32,000 nt of DNA from positions 60,001 to 92,000 of the forward strand of contig NZ_LWLG01000004.1 in assembly GCF_001652585.1 (NCBI RefSeq). The letters are read 5' to 3'. Below, piece after piece: positions 1-9,610 of this stretch (position 1 is the first letter of the stretch; the number at the start of each line of letters is the position of its first letter). Source of the stretch: Thermosulfurimonas dismutans. GTDB taxonomy: Bacteria > Desulfobacterota > Thermodesulfobacteria > Thermodesulfobacteriales > Thermodesulfobacteriaceae. Position numbers and translations under genes: made by a program. The notes under the pieces are model-generated. The model was not told the DNA's origin, ran no database searches, and saw only the letters and a list, made by a program, of their open reading frames with translations.

Positions 1-1
1 G

Positions 2-253
2 GGACATATACAACTATCTCAAGCTCCAGAATGGAGCCAGCTCTTCTGGGAACTCGTCGAAGAAAGGGGCCGCTCTTTTGATTTTGGAGCCGTGCACGCC
101 TACCAGATAAAAATAACCGGCTCGGGCAATGACCGACGTATTATCCTGCGGCTTCCTTGGGAAAAAGGCGAAAAAGAGGTTTCCGCTCCGGAGCCCATTA
201 AAGACCTTCAGGGATTTAAAAAGATGCTGGCTAAAGCCAAGGAGTTTTGTTAG
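2..253 (+). CDS. 3' end (83 codons) of a gene entering from the left edge; probably the HdrC-like subunit of the hdr-mvh operon
   Basis: Frame 2 is open from base 2 to TAG at 251-253, which abuts the ATG of the next gene (TAGATG). It is absent from the ORF track because it has no start in-window. The translation ...AVHAYQIKITGSGNDRRIILRLPWEKGEKEVSAPEPIKDLQGFKKMLAKAKEFC looks protein-like. The HdrC assignment rests on its position upstream of hdrB-hdrA and a loose resemblance to HdrC C-termini as I recall them. Confidence 0.4.
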   Translation, partial: GHIQLSQAPEWSQLFWELVEERGRSFDFGAVHAYQIKITGSGNDRRIILRLPWEKGEKEVSAPEPIKDLQGFKKMLAKAKEFC

Positions 254-1045
254 ATGCGAGCGTTCTATTACCCCGGATGTTCTTCGGAACATCTGGCCAG
301 AGATCTCCATCTATCTGTAGAAACTCTATTTTCGGTCCTGGGAATTGAGATCGAGAACCTCGAAGACTGGAATTGTTGTGGAGCCCGCGAAATCCACGAC
401 TATCAAGATCTTTTGGGATTGTCTCTGGCGGCGAGAAATTTGGCTTTGGCCGAGAAAGGAGACCTTTTAGTTACGGCTTGTAGCCTCTGTTTCTTTAATT
501 TAAAACGGGCTGAAAAAATCCTCAGAGAAGATCAAGATCTCTTGCAAAAGATTAATACAATTCTCGGAGAAGCGGATCTCTCTTATCACCCTGGAAAGGT
601 CCACATTTTGCATTTACTAGAGTTCCTCTCCATTAAGGAAAATTTCTCGCGACTCCTCAAACAAATTAAAGGCGAAGACAAAACTTCTGTGGTTCCCTAT
701 TACGGTTGTTTTCTTTCGCGACCGTTCCCTTTTGACCTTTCCACCATGGAAAAAATTCTTCGAATATTAGGTTATGAAGTAAAGCCTTTCACACTCAAAA
801 GTCATTGTTGTGGAGGACACCTTCCCCGAACAAACTCTCCCACAATACAGGAATTATGTGGTCGCATTTTACTGGAAGCCGAGATGCGGGGAGCGGACTT
901 TATCGCTGTGACCTGTCCGGTATGCAAGCTCAACTTAGAAATTTATGGCTTCCGTGAAGGGCTCCCTCGGATAATCTATTTCACCCAGCTCATAGGATTA
1001 AGACTAGGGCTTCCTAATTCTCTACTTGGTCTTCCTGGAGAATGA
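254..1045 (+). CDS. hdrB: Heterodisulfide reductase subunit B-like protein (two CCG cysteine-rich domains)
   Basis: 263-aa ORF with two CCG-domain signatures (WNCCGAREI...CSLCFFNL and SHCCGGHL...CPVCKLNL). AAGGAG lies 9 nt upstream of the ATG. Confidence 0.85.
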   Translation: MRAFYYPGCSSEHLARDLHLSVETLFSVLGIEIENLEDWNCCGAREIHDYQDLLGLSLAARNLALAEKGDLLVTACSLCFFNLKRAEKILREDQDLLQKINTILGEADLSYHPGKVHILHLLEFLSIKENFSRLLKQIKGEDKTSVVPYYGCFLSRPFPFDLSTMEKILRILGYEVKPFTLKSHCCGGHLPRTNSPTIQELCGRILLEAEMRGADFIAVTCPVCKLNLEIYGFREGLPRIIYFTQLIGLRLGLPNSLLGLPGE

Positions 1046-1046
1046 A

Positions 1047-2927
1047 ATGAAAGTGTCGATATTCCTTTGTGAATGTGGCGGCAATATAAGCGATCGTATC
1101 AATCTCAAAAAGTTGAGTACTAAGCTACAAGAGGATGTAAACCTGGACGTCCATATTCATCCCTTTTTATGTTCTCCCAAAGGACAGGTTGCACTGGTCC
1201 AAAAACTAAAAAAAGGTACCAAAGTCCTTATTGGAGCCTGCTCGCCCCACCTCCACGGAGAAACCTTTAAGACCCTACTGGCGGAAATTGGCATTCATAC
1301 CTTCCAAATAGTAGCCATACGAGAGGAAGCTGCCTGGACCGACGGGAACACCCCAGAAGAAAAGGCCTTACGCCTCATAAAAGGCGCGCTTAAGGCCTTA
1401 AAAGGTATGGTGCCTCCCCAGATTCAAGAATCCTTAATTGTTCCCAATCTAATGGTTATTGGAGGAGGCATTGCAGGCATCGTAGCGGCTATCAAAGCCG
1501 CCCAAGAGGGAATTCCCGTGTACCTAATCGAAAAAGAACCCTTTGTCGGGGGCAAAGCCGTCTTTCTTGATCGCTTATACCCCCGTTTTGAATGCGCCTC
1601 TTGTGTAATCTCCCCTAAACTCTCGACCTTACTCCACGAGAAACGTGTCCAGATCATTACCCAGGCTCGCATAGTCAAAATCACAGGACTTCCTGGGAAA
1701 TATGAAGTGGAATTAGAGATTCGTCCTCGATACGTAGATCTTCAGAAGTGCAACGGTTGCGGCAAATGCTTGGAAGCCTGTCCCCTTAACCCTCCAGCCA
1801 TCGCCTTCCACAATCCACATCCCGTCCCTAGAGTACCGGTCATAAATCCCTTCGCTTGCTTGCGTCTCAAAGGCCAAACTTGCCGAAGGTGTCAAAGGGC
1901 TTGTCCTCAAAAAGCTATCAATTTTAAGGCCACCTTTCAGAGAACAAATCTACAGGTAGGGGGTTTTATCGTAGCCACTGGCTTTAGACCTTATCCGGTC
2001 GAAAAGATTTCTTTCTACGGATACCAGAGGCTTCCCGGAGTTTGGACTCTATTCGATCTGGAAAAAAAATTCACCTTTGGAGAAGAGCTGTTAGGAATCA
2101 ACGATAGGCCACCTCAAAGGGTGGCGATAGTCCATTGTGCCGGAAGTCGAGACCGGAGGCACCTTCCTTACTGTTCAGAAATCTGCTGCGGGCTGGCCCT
2201 GAAGGCCGCCTTAAGAATAAAAGAAGTCTTGGGGGCAGAAGTTTATAACTTTTATCTCGATCTAAGATTAAAAGGCAAAGAAGGCGAGGAACTTTACGAC
2301 CGAGTTCGAGAAGCCGGTGTAAAATTCATAAGAGGGCGGGTAGCGGAAATTTCGGATGTACCTTTTAATAGAAAGGACAAAGGGCGTCTTTTGGTCCTAG
2401 CTGAAGACACTCTCCTCTCCAAGAAGGTAAAGCTGGCGGTAGATATGGTGGTGTTGGTGCCAGGCTTCATTCCAGAGTTTGGTTCCAGAGAAATCGGGAA
2501 TCTTCTCGGTTTATGCACAGACAGCCTTGGATTTTTTGAAGCCCGAGAGAGCAAGACCTCTCCTGTAGAAACGGTGCGAAAAGCGGTCTGGCTTGCAGGC
2601 GCAACTTCTGGCCCTAAGGATATTTCCGAAAGCGTAATTTCCGCAGAAGCGGCCGCCTTAGAGGCCATAAGTTTTCTTAAAAAAGGGAAACATCTTTTTG
2701 AAACCGATCTTGTAACCTGGCAAAAGGAACGCTGCGGACGATGTTATCTTTGTGTAGAGACTTGTCCCTATCAAGCTATAAGGCCCATAGGGGATCAAAT
2801 AAAGATCCACTCCGAATTTTGTACCGCCTGTGGACTTTGCGTTACCGCTTGCCCCTCAAGGGCCTTGGAATTCAGGCCTTTGGGAATAGAGGCCTTCAAG
2901 GGACAGGTTGAGGAGATCTTGGCATGA
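1047..2927 (+). CDS. hdrA: Heterodisulfide reductase subunit A-like flavoprotein (FAD plus multiple 4Fe-4S clusters)
   Basis: Start moved to ATG 1047 (MKVSIFLCECGG), with GGAG 6 nt upstream and 1 nt after the hdrB stop. It has the FAD fold VIGGGIAGIVAAIKAAQEG, four ferredoxin-type Cys clusters (CNGCGKCLEACP, CRRCQRACP, CGRCYLCVETCP, CTACGLCVTACP) and a HCAGSRD motif. Confidence 0.85.
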   Translation: MKVSIFLCECGGNISDRINLKKLSTKLQEDVNLDVHIHPFLCSPKGQVALVQKLKKGTKVLIGACSPHLHGETFKTLLAEIGIHTFQIVAIREEAAWTDGNTPEEKALRLIKGALKALKGMVPPQIQESLIVPNLMVIGGGIAGIVAAIKAAQEGIPVYLIEKEPFVGGKAVFLDRLYPRFECASCVISPKLSTLLHEKRVQIITQARIVKITGLPGKYEVELEIRPRYVDLQKCNGCGKCLEACPLNPPAIAFHNPHPVPRVPVINPFACLRLKGQTCRRCQRACPQKAINFKATFQRTNLQVGGFIVATGFRPYPVEKISFYGYQRLPGVWTLFDLEKKFTFGEELLGINDRPPQRVAIVHCAGSRDRRHLPYCSEICCGLALKAALRIKEVLGAEVYNFYLDLRLKGKEGEELYDRVREAGVKFIRGRVAEISDVPFNRKDKGRLLVLAEDTLLSKKVKLAVDMVVLVPGFIPEFGSREIGNLLGLCTDSLGFFEARESKTSPVETVRKAVWLAGATSGPKDISESVISAEAAALEAISFLKKGKHLFETDLVTWQKERCGRCYLCVETCPYQAIRPIGDQIKIHSEFCTACGLCVTACPSRALEFRPLGIEAFKGQVEEILA

Positions 2928-3316
2928 GCCTCAAAGTTATAGGCTTCCTTTGCGAGTGGTGTGCGGCCAAGGCTTTGGAAAACCTAGCTTTCAAAAGAAA
3001 GACGTTACCAGAAGGCTTCTATCCTATAAGAGTCCCCTGTAGTGGCACGGTAGATTTAGAAGTCGTAAGGAAGGCCCTTGAAAAAGGGGCTTCCGGAGTG
3101 CTGGTAGGTGGTTGTCCTCAAGGAGAATGTCATTTCAGAGAGGGGAATCTACGAGCCGGTTTGAGGATTATAGCTTATCAAAAACTTCTCTCCGCTCTAG
3201 GATTAAATCCTAGAAAACTTAAAGCGGTCTGGGTTTCGGCTAGCGAAGGAGAAAAACTCTATCAAGAAATTTGGCGTTTTTGGGAGGAACTAAAGGGTGA
3301 AGGTAGCCCTTTATAA
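2924..3316 (+). CDS. mvhD: MvhD-like delta subunit of methyl-viologen-reducing (F420-non-reducing) hydrogenase
   Basis: 130 aa. Cys pattern FLCEWCA...VPCSG...GGCPQGECHF is typical of MvhD/FlpD. ATGA start/stop overlap with hdrA. Confidence 0.85.
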   Translation: MSLKVIGFLCEWCAAKALENLAFKRKTLPEGFYPIRVPCSGTVDLEVVRKALEKGASGVLVGGCPQGECHFREGNLRAGLRIIAYQKLLSALGLNPRKLKAVWVSASEGEKLYQEIWRFWEELKGEGSPL

Positions 3317-4106
3317 TACCCTTTCTTGCACTGGTTGCGATCCTATGTTCTTTCTTGAAAAGCTGACCTTCATTTTCTCAGAGACGGAAATCGTATTTTG
3401 GCCTCACGTGAGCGAGACCCGCTTTGAAAATCTCAAGAAACAGCCTGCAGATTCCATAGACATCGGCATCCTTTCTGGAGGTATAAAGACCGTCGAACAA
3501 GAAAAGATAGCCCAAATCTTCAGAGAAAAATCGCGCCTTCTAATAGCGATAGGAACATGTGCCCTTTGGGGAGGCCTTCCAGGGTTAAACTGGCTTTATG
3601 GCGAAGGCCCTAAACCTGTCACTCAAATAGTGGCTTGTGATCTCTTGGTTCCAGGTTGTCCTCCAGAAATTGAAACCATTCAAATAGCCTTTGATAAAGC
3701 CCTCAGAGGAAATTTCAATAAGGGTGAAATAGCCGGAGCCAAAGAGGTTCCGGTGTGCGAGGAGTGCCCTCGGGAAAGACGCCCCTTTCGCCTGCGAACT
3801 TTAAAACGATTTCATGAAATCCATCCCCACGATTCCACGTGTTATTTTGAACTTGGAATGGTCTGTGCGGGTATAATTACTAGGGCTGGTTGCAAGGCCG
3901 CCTGTCTTAAAGCCGGTTATCCTTGTTTCGGTTGCTATGGCCCCCTAACAGCGCTTGAAGCCCCTGGCGAAAAGTTACTCTCAGCCTTGGTCTCGTCTCT
4001 TATACCGGCTAAGGCTGCCTTGGCCCTTGAGCAACTAGTAGATCCGGTAGGAACCTTCTACCGTTTTACCCTCGCTCAAAATCCCTTGGTGAGAAAGAAA
4101 GGATGA
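3297..4106 (+). CDS. mvhG: Group 3c [NiFe] hydrogenase small subunit (MvhG-like), cytoplasmic
   Basis: GTG start with GGAGGA 9 nt upstream. Fe-S ligand motifs LSCTGCD, GTCALWGG and PGCPP. No twin-arginine signal. Sits between mvhD and mvhA. Confidence 0.8.
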   Translation: MKVALYNTLSCTGCDPMFFLEKLTFIFSETEIVFWPHVSETRFENLKKQPADSIDIGILSGGIKTVEQEKIAQIFREKSRLLIAIGTCALWGGLPGLNWLYGEGPKPVTQIVACDLLVPGCPPEIETIQIAFDKALRGNFNKGEIAGAKEVPVCEECPRERRPFRLRTLKRFHEIHPHDSTCYFELGMVCAGIITRAGCKAACLKAGYPCFGCYGPLTALEAPGEKLLSALVSSLIPAKAALALEQLVDPVGTFYRFTLAQNPLVRKKG

Positions 4107-5464
4107 AGAAGCTAAAAATTCATCCTCTCACTCGCATCGAAGGTGATGCCTCCCTAGAAATAGTTTTCGATGATCAGGGAAATCTTAAACGTCTAAGATG
4201 GCTTTCGGAGCTTTTCCGAGGTTTCGAAAAAATCTGTCTGGGAAGACCAGTAGAAGAAATGCCCTTTTTAACCAGTCGCATCTGCGGTATTTGTGCCGAA
4301 GCTCACCATTTAGCCTCCCTCAGAGCTGTGGATCAAATTTTCGGGTTAACTCCCCCCCCTTGGGCCCAAAAAGTAAGGGCCATCTTCTTACTCTCTTCTC
4401 TCGTAAGAGACCACCTTACCGTCCTTTACCTTTTTTCAGGCCCAGACCTCAAGCCCAGCCCACAAAATAGGGAGGCCTTGGCCTGGCTAAAAGAAAATGG
4501 ACTGTTACACGATTTTCTCCAAAGCCGCTCTCGAATCAGACGAATACTTGAAATCGTAGGGGGCCGGGGACTTCAGGCAGTAGGAGGATTCCCTGGCAGC
4601 TGGAGCAAATCAATAACTGCTGAAGAAAAAGAAGAATTAATACAGCTTACACAAAAAGAAAGAGCCTTTGCGGCTAAAACGTTCGATTTTTTTGGTGAAA
4701 TTCTTTTAAAGAAAGAATATCAAAACCCCCTAAAAATTCCTTTTTTGGCCCTTTTACCGGACAATCTGCCAGGCTTTTTAGGTCGAAGGATTGGCATCCT
4801 GACCTCAGAAGAGAAACCCTATAAGGATTTCCGCGCAGAAAAATTTCAAGAATATATAGTTGAAGAAGATTCTACAGAATGCCCAAACCTTCGAACCACT
4901 CAATTAAAATCCTTAGGCCCCTATCTCGTAGGACCTTTGGCACGCTTTCATCTTTGGCCAGAACCTTCTACCCCCCTGGCCCAAAAGGCCTACCGAGAAA
5001 TCAAGAACTGTTTAAAACACCAACAACTTAGGGACTACGAAATAGCCCATCTCTTTAGGGCCTACGAAATTTTATTGGCTTGCGAACAAATAGAAAGCCT
5101 ATCTCAAGAGATTGAAATTCAGCGAAAAGATGAAAAAGAGCCGAAATTTGAGCTTCAAAGAGAAGGCATAGGAGTAGTCGAAGCCCCTAGGGGTCTTCTG
5201 ATCCACCATTACCAGGTAGACAAAAAAGGGCTTATCACAAAGGTTAATATCATCACTCCCACAGCCCAAAACTCTCCGATCATTTTCATGACTATAAGGG
5301 CCTACCTAAAATCTTCTCCAAAAAACAATCCTCAAAAATTAACTAAAGATATCGAAAAAATCATAAGAGCCTTTGATCCGTGCGTTCCATGCATGCTACA
5401 TATCATCCCCTCCAATAAGGACGCGGCCAAATTATCAATCGCCATTCAAAATAAGAGTTTTTAA
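4103..5464 (+). CDS. mvhA: Group 3c [NiFe] hydrogenase large subunit (MvhA-like)
   Basis: Contains RIEGDASLEI, the N-terminal Ni-Fe ligand motif RICGICAEAHH, and the C-terminal DPCVPCMLH followed by a 20-aa extension (the usual protease-cleaved tail). ATGA overlap with mvhG. Confidence 0.85.
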   Translation: MKKLKIHPLTRIEGDASLEIVFDDQGNLKRLRWLSELFRGFEKICLGRPVEEMPFLTSRICGICAEAHHLASLRAVDQIFGLTPPPWAQKVRAIFLLSSLVRDHLTVLYLFSGPDLKPSPQNREALAWLKENGLLHDFLQSRSRIRRILEIVGGRGLQAVGGFPGSWSKSITAEEKEELIQLTQKERAFAAKTFDFFGEILLKKEYQNPLKIPFLALLPDNLPGFLGRRIGILTSEEKPYKDFRAEKFQEYIVEEDSTECPNLRTTQLKSLGPYLVGPLARFHLWPEPSTPLAQKAYREIKNCLKHQQLRDYEIAHLFRAYEILLACEQIESLSQEIEIQRKDEKEPKFELQREGIGVVEAPRGLLIHHYQVDKKGLITKVNIITPTAQNSPIIFMTIRAYLKSSPKNNPQKLTKDIEKIIRAFDPCVPCMLHIIPSNKDAAKLSIAIQNKSF

Positions 5465-5476
5465 TTTATAAACGAC

Positions 5477-5493
5477 ATAAATTGCCAATTTAT
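5477..5493. promoter_or_regulatory. 17-bp perfect palindrome ATAAATTG-C-CAATTTAT in the AT-rich gap between the two hydrogenase operons; candidate operator
   Basis: Arms ATAAATTG / CAATTTAT are exact reverse complements around one central base. It lies 13 nt after the mvhA stop and about 120 nt upstream of the uptake-hydrogenase start. No regulator can be assigned. Confidence 0.3.
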
Positions 5494-5615
5494 TAAAATA
5501 AAAATATTGTATTTTAGCTTATCAGTCGATATTTTCCAGAACAAACATTGACTTAACCTTGCCTTTCTGGTAAGAAGGTAGTGTTAAAAACATTTTAGAT
5601 ATTTTGGAGGGGGTC

Positions 5616-6710
5616 ATGTCCAGAATCCCGTTTTTAAGGATGGAAGGTCTTTCCCGAAGAGATTTCTTGAAGATTTGTACCATCGCCACGGCCACCATGG
5701 GACTCCCAGTGGAAATGGTAGACAAAGTGGCCGCGGCTGTAAAATCGCCGGAACGGCCACCAGTCATCTGGCTGCACTTTATGGAATGTACAGGCTGCAC
5801 GGAAAGTCTCCTGCGGTCCTCACATCCCCCACTGGCCCGCCTTATTCTAGAACTGATCTCCTTAGAATATCATGAGACCCTCATGTCCGGGGCCGGCAAG
5901 CAGGCTGAGGAGGCCCTGAAGAAGGCCCTAGAAAAATACAAGGGCAAATTCATCTGTGTAGTAGAAGGTGGCATTTCCACCAAGGACGGGGGCATTTACT
6001 GCAAGATAGGTGGACGTACGGCCCTAGAAATTGTAAAAGAGGTGGCTTCCGAAGCCGCGGCGGTCATCGCCATCGGAACCTGTGCGGCCTTCGGAGGGGT
6101 ACAAGCGGCCCACCCCAACCCCACCGGGGCGGTAGGGGTAGGTCAAGTCCTTGATCGGCCTGTCATCAACATACCCGGCTGTCCCCCGAATCCCTATAAC
6201 TTCCTTTCCACGGTACTATATATCTTAACCTTCAAACACCCCCCAGAACTTGACGAGCTTTCAAGACCCAAGTTCGCCTACGGCCGGAGAATTCACGATC
6301 ATTGCGAAAGGCGCCCCCACTTTGATGAGGGGCGATTTGTGGAGGCCTTTGGCGATCCCGCTCACCAGAAAGGTTACTGCCTTTACAAGGTGGGGTGCAA
6401 AGGGCCGGTGACCTACTCCAACTGCTCGGTAGTTCGGTTTTGTGATGTAGGGGCCTGGCCGGTAGGCGTGGGGCATCCCTGCATAGGGTGCACGGAACCC
6501 AACTTTTGGGATCGGATGACCCCCTTCTACGAACATCTCCCCAAGATTTACATCCCTGCAGGCGGCGGTATCCGAGCCGAGGCCGAAAAAGTTGGGAAAG
6601 TGGCGGTTGGTGGAGCCGCGGCCGTGGTAGCAGCCCATGCTGCCGCCGGGGTCATCAAAAAAGCGGTCAAAAGCTTTGGCCGCAAAGGAAATCAGGAGTC
6701 TGAAGAATAA
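5616..6710 (+). CDS. hyaA: Membrane-bound (group 1) [NiFe] uptake hydrogenase small subunit, Tat-exported
   Basis: Start set at ATG 5616 (GGAGGGGG just upstream). Twin-arginine signal SRRDFLKICTIATATMGLP. Fe-S ligand motifs ECTGCTES, GTCAAFGG and PGCPPNP. Hydrophobic C-terminal anchor. Confidence 0.9.
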   Translation: MSRIPFLRMEGLSRRDFLKICTIATATMGLPVEMVDKVAAAVKSPERPPVIWLHFMECTGCTESLLRSSHPPLARLILELISLEYHETLMSGAGKQAEEALKKALEKYKGKFICVVEGGISTKDGGIYCKIGGRTALEIVKEVASEAAAVIAIGTCAAFGGVQAAHPNPTGAVGVGQVLDRPVINIPGCPPNPYNFLSTVLYILTFKHPPELDELSRPKFAYGRRIHDHCERRPHFDEGRFVEAFGDPAHQKGYCLYKVGCKGPVTYSNCSVVRFCDVGAWPVGVGHPCIGCTEPNFWDRMTPFYEHLPKIYIPAGGGIRAEAEKVGKVAVGGAAAVVAAHAAAGVIKKAVKSFGRKGNQESEE

Positions 6711-6721
6711 GGAGGCTTATT

Positions 6722-8434
6722 ATGGCCAGAAAAAGAGTAACCATAGACCCTATTACCCGCATTGAAGGCCATTTAAGGATCGATGTGGAGGTCGAGGGAG
6801 GGAAAGTAAAAGAAGCCTGGGCTTCGGCTCAGATGTGGCGAGGTATAGAGGTCATTCTTAAGGGGCGCGACCCTAGGGATGCCTGGGCCTTCACACAGAG
6901 GTTCTGCGGCGTCTGCACCACGGTACACGCGATAGCTTCTGTTCGGGCGGTGGAAAGCGCCCTTCAAATGGAAATCCCTTTAAACGCTCAGTATGTACGG
7001 AATATCATTCTATGCGCCCACGCCTTGCACGACCACATCGTACATTTCTATCATCTCTCAGCCCTCGACTGGGTGGATGTGGTCTCGGCCTTGAAGGCCG
7101 ACCCTAAAAAGACTGCAGCTTTGGCCCAGAGTCTTTCGGATTGGCCAGGGAATAGCGTAACCTTTTTCATGGACGTCAAGAAAAAACTGGAAAAGTTTGT
7201 CTCAAGTGGCCAGCTTGGCCCCTTTAGCACCGGTTATTGGGGGCATCCGGCCATGCAACTTCCACCGGAAGTCAATCTTCTAGCCGTAGGACATTATCTC
7301 GCGGCCTTGGATTACCAATACAAAGCCAATCAAGTGGTAGCCCTTTTCGGCGGGAAGACCCCTCACATTCAGACCTTAGTGGTAGGTGGAGTGGCCCTGG
7401 CCATCAATCCTGAAAACGAAGCCACTTTAAACATGGAAAGGCTGGCTTGGGCCAAAGAACTCCTCCTTCAAGTCCGAGATTTTGTACACCAAGTTTATTT
7501 CGTAGACGCCGTGGCCCTGGCGGCCCTTTATTCGGATTGGTTCAAAATCGGAGCCGGGGTCACCAATTATCTGGCGGTGCCTGATCTCCCCCTAGATACC
7601 AAAGGAACGGAGTTCGATTTACCAGGGGGAACGATTTTTAACGGAGATCTTTCTACAGTTAAACCCATTACCAGTTTCAACGATGCCTATTTCCGGGACA
7701 ATGTAACCGAATGCGTGATGCACTCCTGGTACGATGGGGATTGGACTCGGCACCCCTGGCAGGAGGATACCGTCCCCAAATACACCGAATTTCAGGATGA
7801 AGGCAAATATTCTTGGGCCAAGGCCCCTCGTTTCAAAGGAGAGCCCATGCAGGTAGGGCCACTAGCGCAGGTACTTGTAGGTTATGCCCTTGGTCACGAA
7901 CTTATTAAAAAATGGACAGACGAAGCCCTCAAGAGGATCTCGTCCATCTCGGGGAAACGCATCACCATAGAAGATCTGCATTCCACCATGGGCCGGCAGA
8001 TAGCTCGAGCCATCCGAACCGCAGTACTAGCAGAACTGGCCCTGAAACATTTGGATCTCCTAATTGAAAATATTGGACGCGGAGATCTTGAAATCTATCC
8101 TTACCGCAAGCCGCCGACCTTCCCCAAGGGCGAGATCATGGGCTTCGGTTTTCACGAGGCCCCGCGGGGAACTCTTTCCCATTGGGTGGTCATCGAAAAC
8201 GGCAAGATCAAAAACTACCAGGCGGTGGTGCCCTCCACCTGGAATGTCAGCCCCCGGTGTCAGCTTGGAAAACGCGGACCTTACGAGGAGAGTCTGATCG
8301 GCAATCCTGTGGCCCAGCCCGAAAAGCCCCTGGAGGTGCTCCGAACCATTCACTCCTTCGATCCCTGCATCGCCTGTGCTGTACATGTACTCGATCCCAA
8401 AAGAAAGGAAATAGCGAGGGTTAAGGCCCTCTGA
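6722..8434 (+). CDS. hyaB: Membrane-bound (group 1) [NiFe] uptake hydrogenase large subunit
   Basis: 570 aa with RIEGHLRIDV, RFCGVCTTVH and the C-terminal DPCIACAVH plus a 15-aa cleavable extension. Ligands are Cys, not Sec (no in-frame TGA). Confidence 0.95.
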   Translation: MARKRVTIDPITRIEGHLRIDVEVEGGKVKEAWASAQMWRGIEVILKGRDPRDAWAFTQRFCGVCTTVHAIASVRAVESALQMEIPLNAQYVRNIILCAHALHDHIVHFYHLSALDWVDVVSALKADPKKTAALAQSLSDWPGNSVTFFMDVKKKLEKFVSSGQLGPFSTGYWGHPAMQLPPEVNLLAVGHYLAALDYQYKANQVVALFGGKTPHIQTLVVGGVALAINPENEATLNMERLAWAKELLLQVRDFVHQVYFVDAVALAALYSDWFKIGAGVTNYLAVPDLPLDTKGTEFDLPGGTIFNGDLSTVKPITSFNDAYFRDNVTECVMHSWYDGDWTRHPWQEDTVPKYTEFQDEGKYSWAKAPRFKGEPMQVGPLAQVLVGYALGHELIKKWTDEALKRISSISGKRITIEDLHSTMGRQIARAIRTAVLAELALKHLDLLIENIGRGDLEIYPYRKPPTFPKGEIMGFGFHEAPRGTLSHWVVIENGKIKNYQAVVPSTWNVSPRCQLGKRGPYEESLIGNPVAQPEKPLEVLRTIHSFDPCIACAVHVLDPKRKEIARVKAL

Positions 8435-8444
8435 GGAGGTAGCC

Positions 8445-9119
8445 ATGGCTAAGAAAAAAGAGATCCTTTACCGTCGGGTGTTTGTATGGAGTTGGGCCCT
8501 CAGGATATTTCACTGGACCTTTGCCCTTTCCTGCGCGGTCCTGATCCTAACGGGGATCTACATTCACTATCCCCCCATCACCACCAAGTGGGCGGAGTTC
8601 AAACCCCAGTATCTCATGGGAACCCTGCGATACTATCACTTCACGGCCGCATACTTCTTCATGGCGGCCTTGGCCGTAAGACTTTACCTGTTATTTTTCG
8701 GGAACCGCTACGAGCGCTTCACGGATTTTCTGCCCATCAACCGCCGAAACCTTAGATCATTCTGGCGTTCCCTCAAGTTTTACCTCTACCTCACGGACGA
8801 GCATGAGTGGCGCATGGGGCACACCGTGCTCGCGGGCACCATCTATTTTCTCTTGTTCCTGGCGGCGGTGGTCATGAGTATCACCGGGCTCTACCTCCTC
8901 TATCCGGATATCTCCTGGATAAGCAAAATGGGGGTGGCCCTTTTCGGTTCGGCCCAGATGGCCCGTTTTATCCACTATATCCTCCACTGGTGTTTCATCT
9001 TCTTTGTGATCGTGCATCTCTACATAGCCATCTGGAACGACTTTAAGGCTCCGGAGGCCATCATCTCCGGTGCCTTCTCCGGCTCCAAGTTCATGCCCGC
9101 GGATGTGAAGGAGGATTAA
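8445..9119 (+). CDS. hyaC: Ni/Fe-hydrogenase b-type cytochrome subunit
   Basis: 224 aa and very hydrophobic. It has about four helices with conserved His (RIFHWTF, YYHF, HYILHW...VHLY) and follows the large subunit directly. Confidence 0.85.
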   Translation: MAKKKEILYRRVFVWSWALRIFHWTFALSCAVLILTGIYIHYPPITTKWAEFKPQYLMGTLRYYHFTAAYFFMAALAVRLYLLFFGNRYERFTDFLPINRRNLRSFWRSLKFYLYLTDEHEWRMGHTVLAGTIYFLLFLAAVVMSITGLYLLYPDISWISKMGVALFGSAQMARFIHYILHWCFIFFVIVHLYIAIWNDFKAPEAIISGAFSGSKFMPADVKED

Positions 9120-9610
9120 TGGCCAAGGCCTTGATAATGGGGGTGGGAAACCTTCTTCTCTCGGACGAGGGTTTTGGAGTCCACGTGATAAGAGAATTCG
9201 AGAGAAAGTACCGTGTTCCGCCGGAGGTGGAAGTAGTGGATGGCGGTTGCGTAGGATTTTCGCTTGCAGATTACCTGCGGGAAAAGGATCTGGTGTTACT
9301 TGTGGATGTAATTGCGGATGAGGCTCCTCCGGGAAGTTATCGGGTCCTTTCGGCTCAGGAACTGGAAAGTTTTCCCACCGTGGGCCTCAATTCCTGTCAC
9401 CAAACAAGCCTGATCGAAGCCCTCAAATTTGCGGAGTTTGCGGGACTTAGGCCTGAAAGGTTCAAGATTTTTGCCGCAGTTCCAAAAAAGCTCTCCCCGG
9501 GTCTTGAACTTTCGCCGGCGTTGCAGAAGACCATACCGGTAGCCCTTAAATGGCTTGAAGAAGAACTGGTTTCAGCTGGATTTAGGGTGGAGAAAGGTCC
9601 ATGTGCGTAG
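9119..9610 (+). CDS. hyaD: Hydrogenase maturation endopeptidase (HyaD/HupD/HybD family)
   Basis: 163 aa. N-terminal MGVGNLLLSDEGFGVHV matches the GxGNxxxxD(D/E)GxG signature. Its start overlaps the stop of the cytochrome b gene by 1 nt. Confidence 0.85.
   Translation: MAKALIMGVGNLLLSDEGFGVHVIREFERKYRVPPEVEVVDGGCVGFSLADYLREKDLVLLVDVIADEAPPGSYRVLSAQELESFPTVGLNSCHQTSLIEALKFAEFAGLRPERFKIFAAVPKKLSPGLELSPALQKTIPVALKWLEEELVSAGFRVEKGPCA

Noticed and set aside
14-310. 98-aa minus-strand ORF at the left edge
   Set aside because: It is antisense to a better-supported + frame (2-253) that abuts hdrB, and it also runs across the hdrB start. It has no motif or RBS, so it is most likely a shadow ORF.
4198-4470. 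90-aa + ORF inside mvhA, plus similar internal or antisense ORFs in the hydrogenase, hyp, rimO, cimA and lysC genes
   Set aside because: They are alternative-frame or antisense ORFs nested in genes with unambiguous family motifs, and none has an RBS or motif of its own.
5548-5576. Promoter call TTGACT-17-TAAGAA for the uptake hydrogenase operon
   Set aside because: The -35 hexamer and the spacing are good, but the -10 matches only 3 of 6 positions and lacks the invariant final T. That is too weak to list as a feature, so it is mentioned only as context.
4103-8434. Selenocysteine-containing ([NiFeSe]) hydrogenase
   Set aside because: Both large subunits have Cys in the C-terminal DPCxxC motif. 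There is no in-frame TGA, and no SECIS-like hairpin was needed to keep the frames open.
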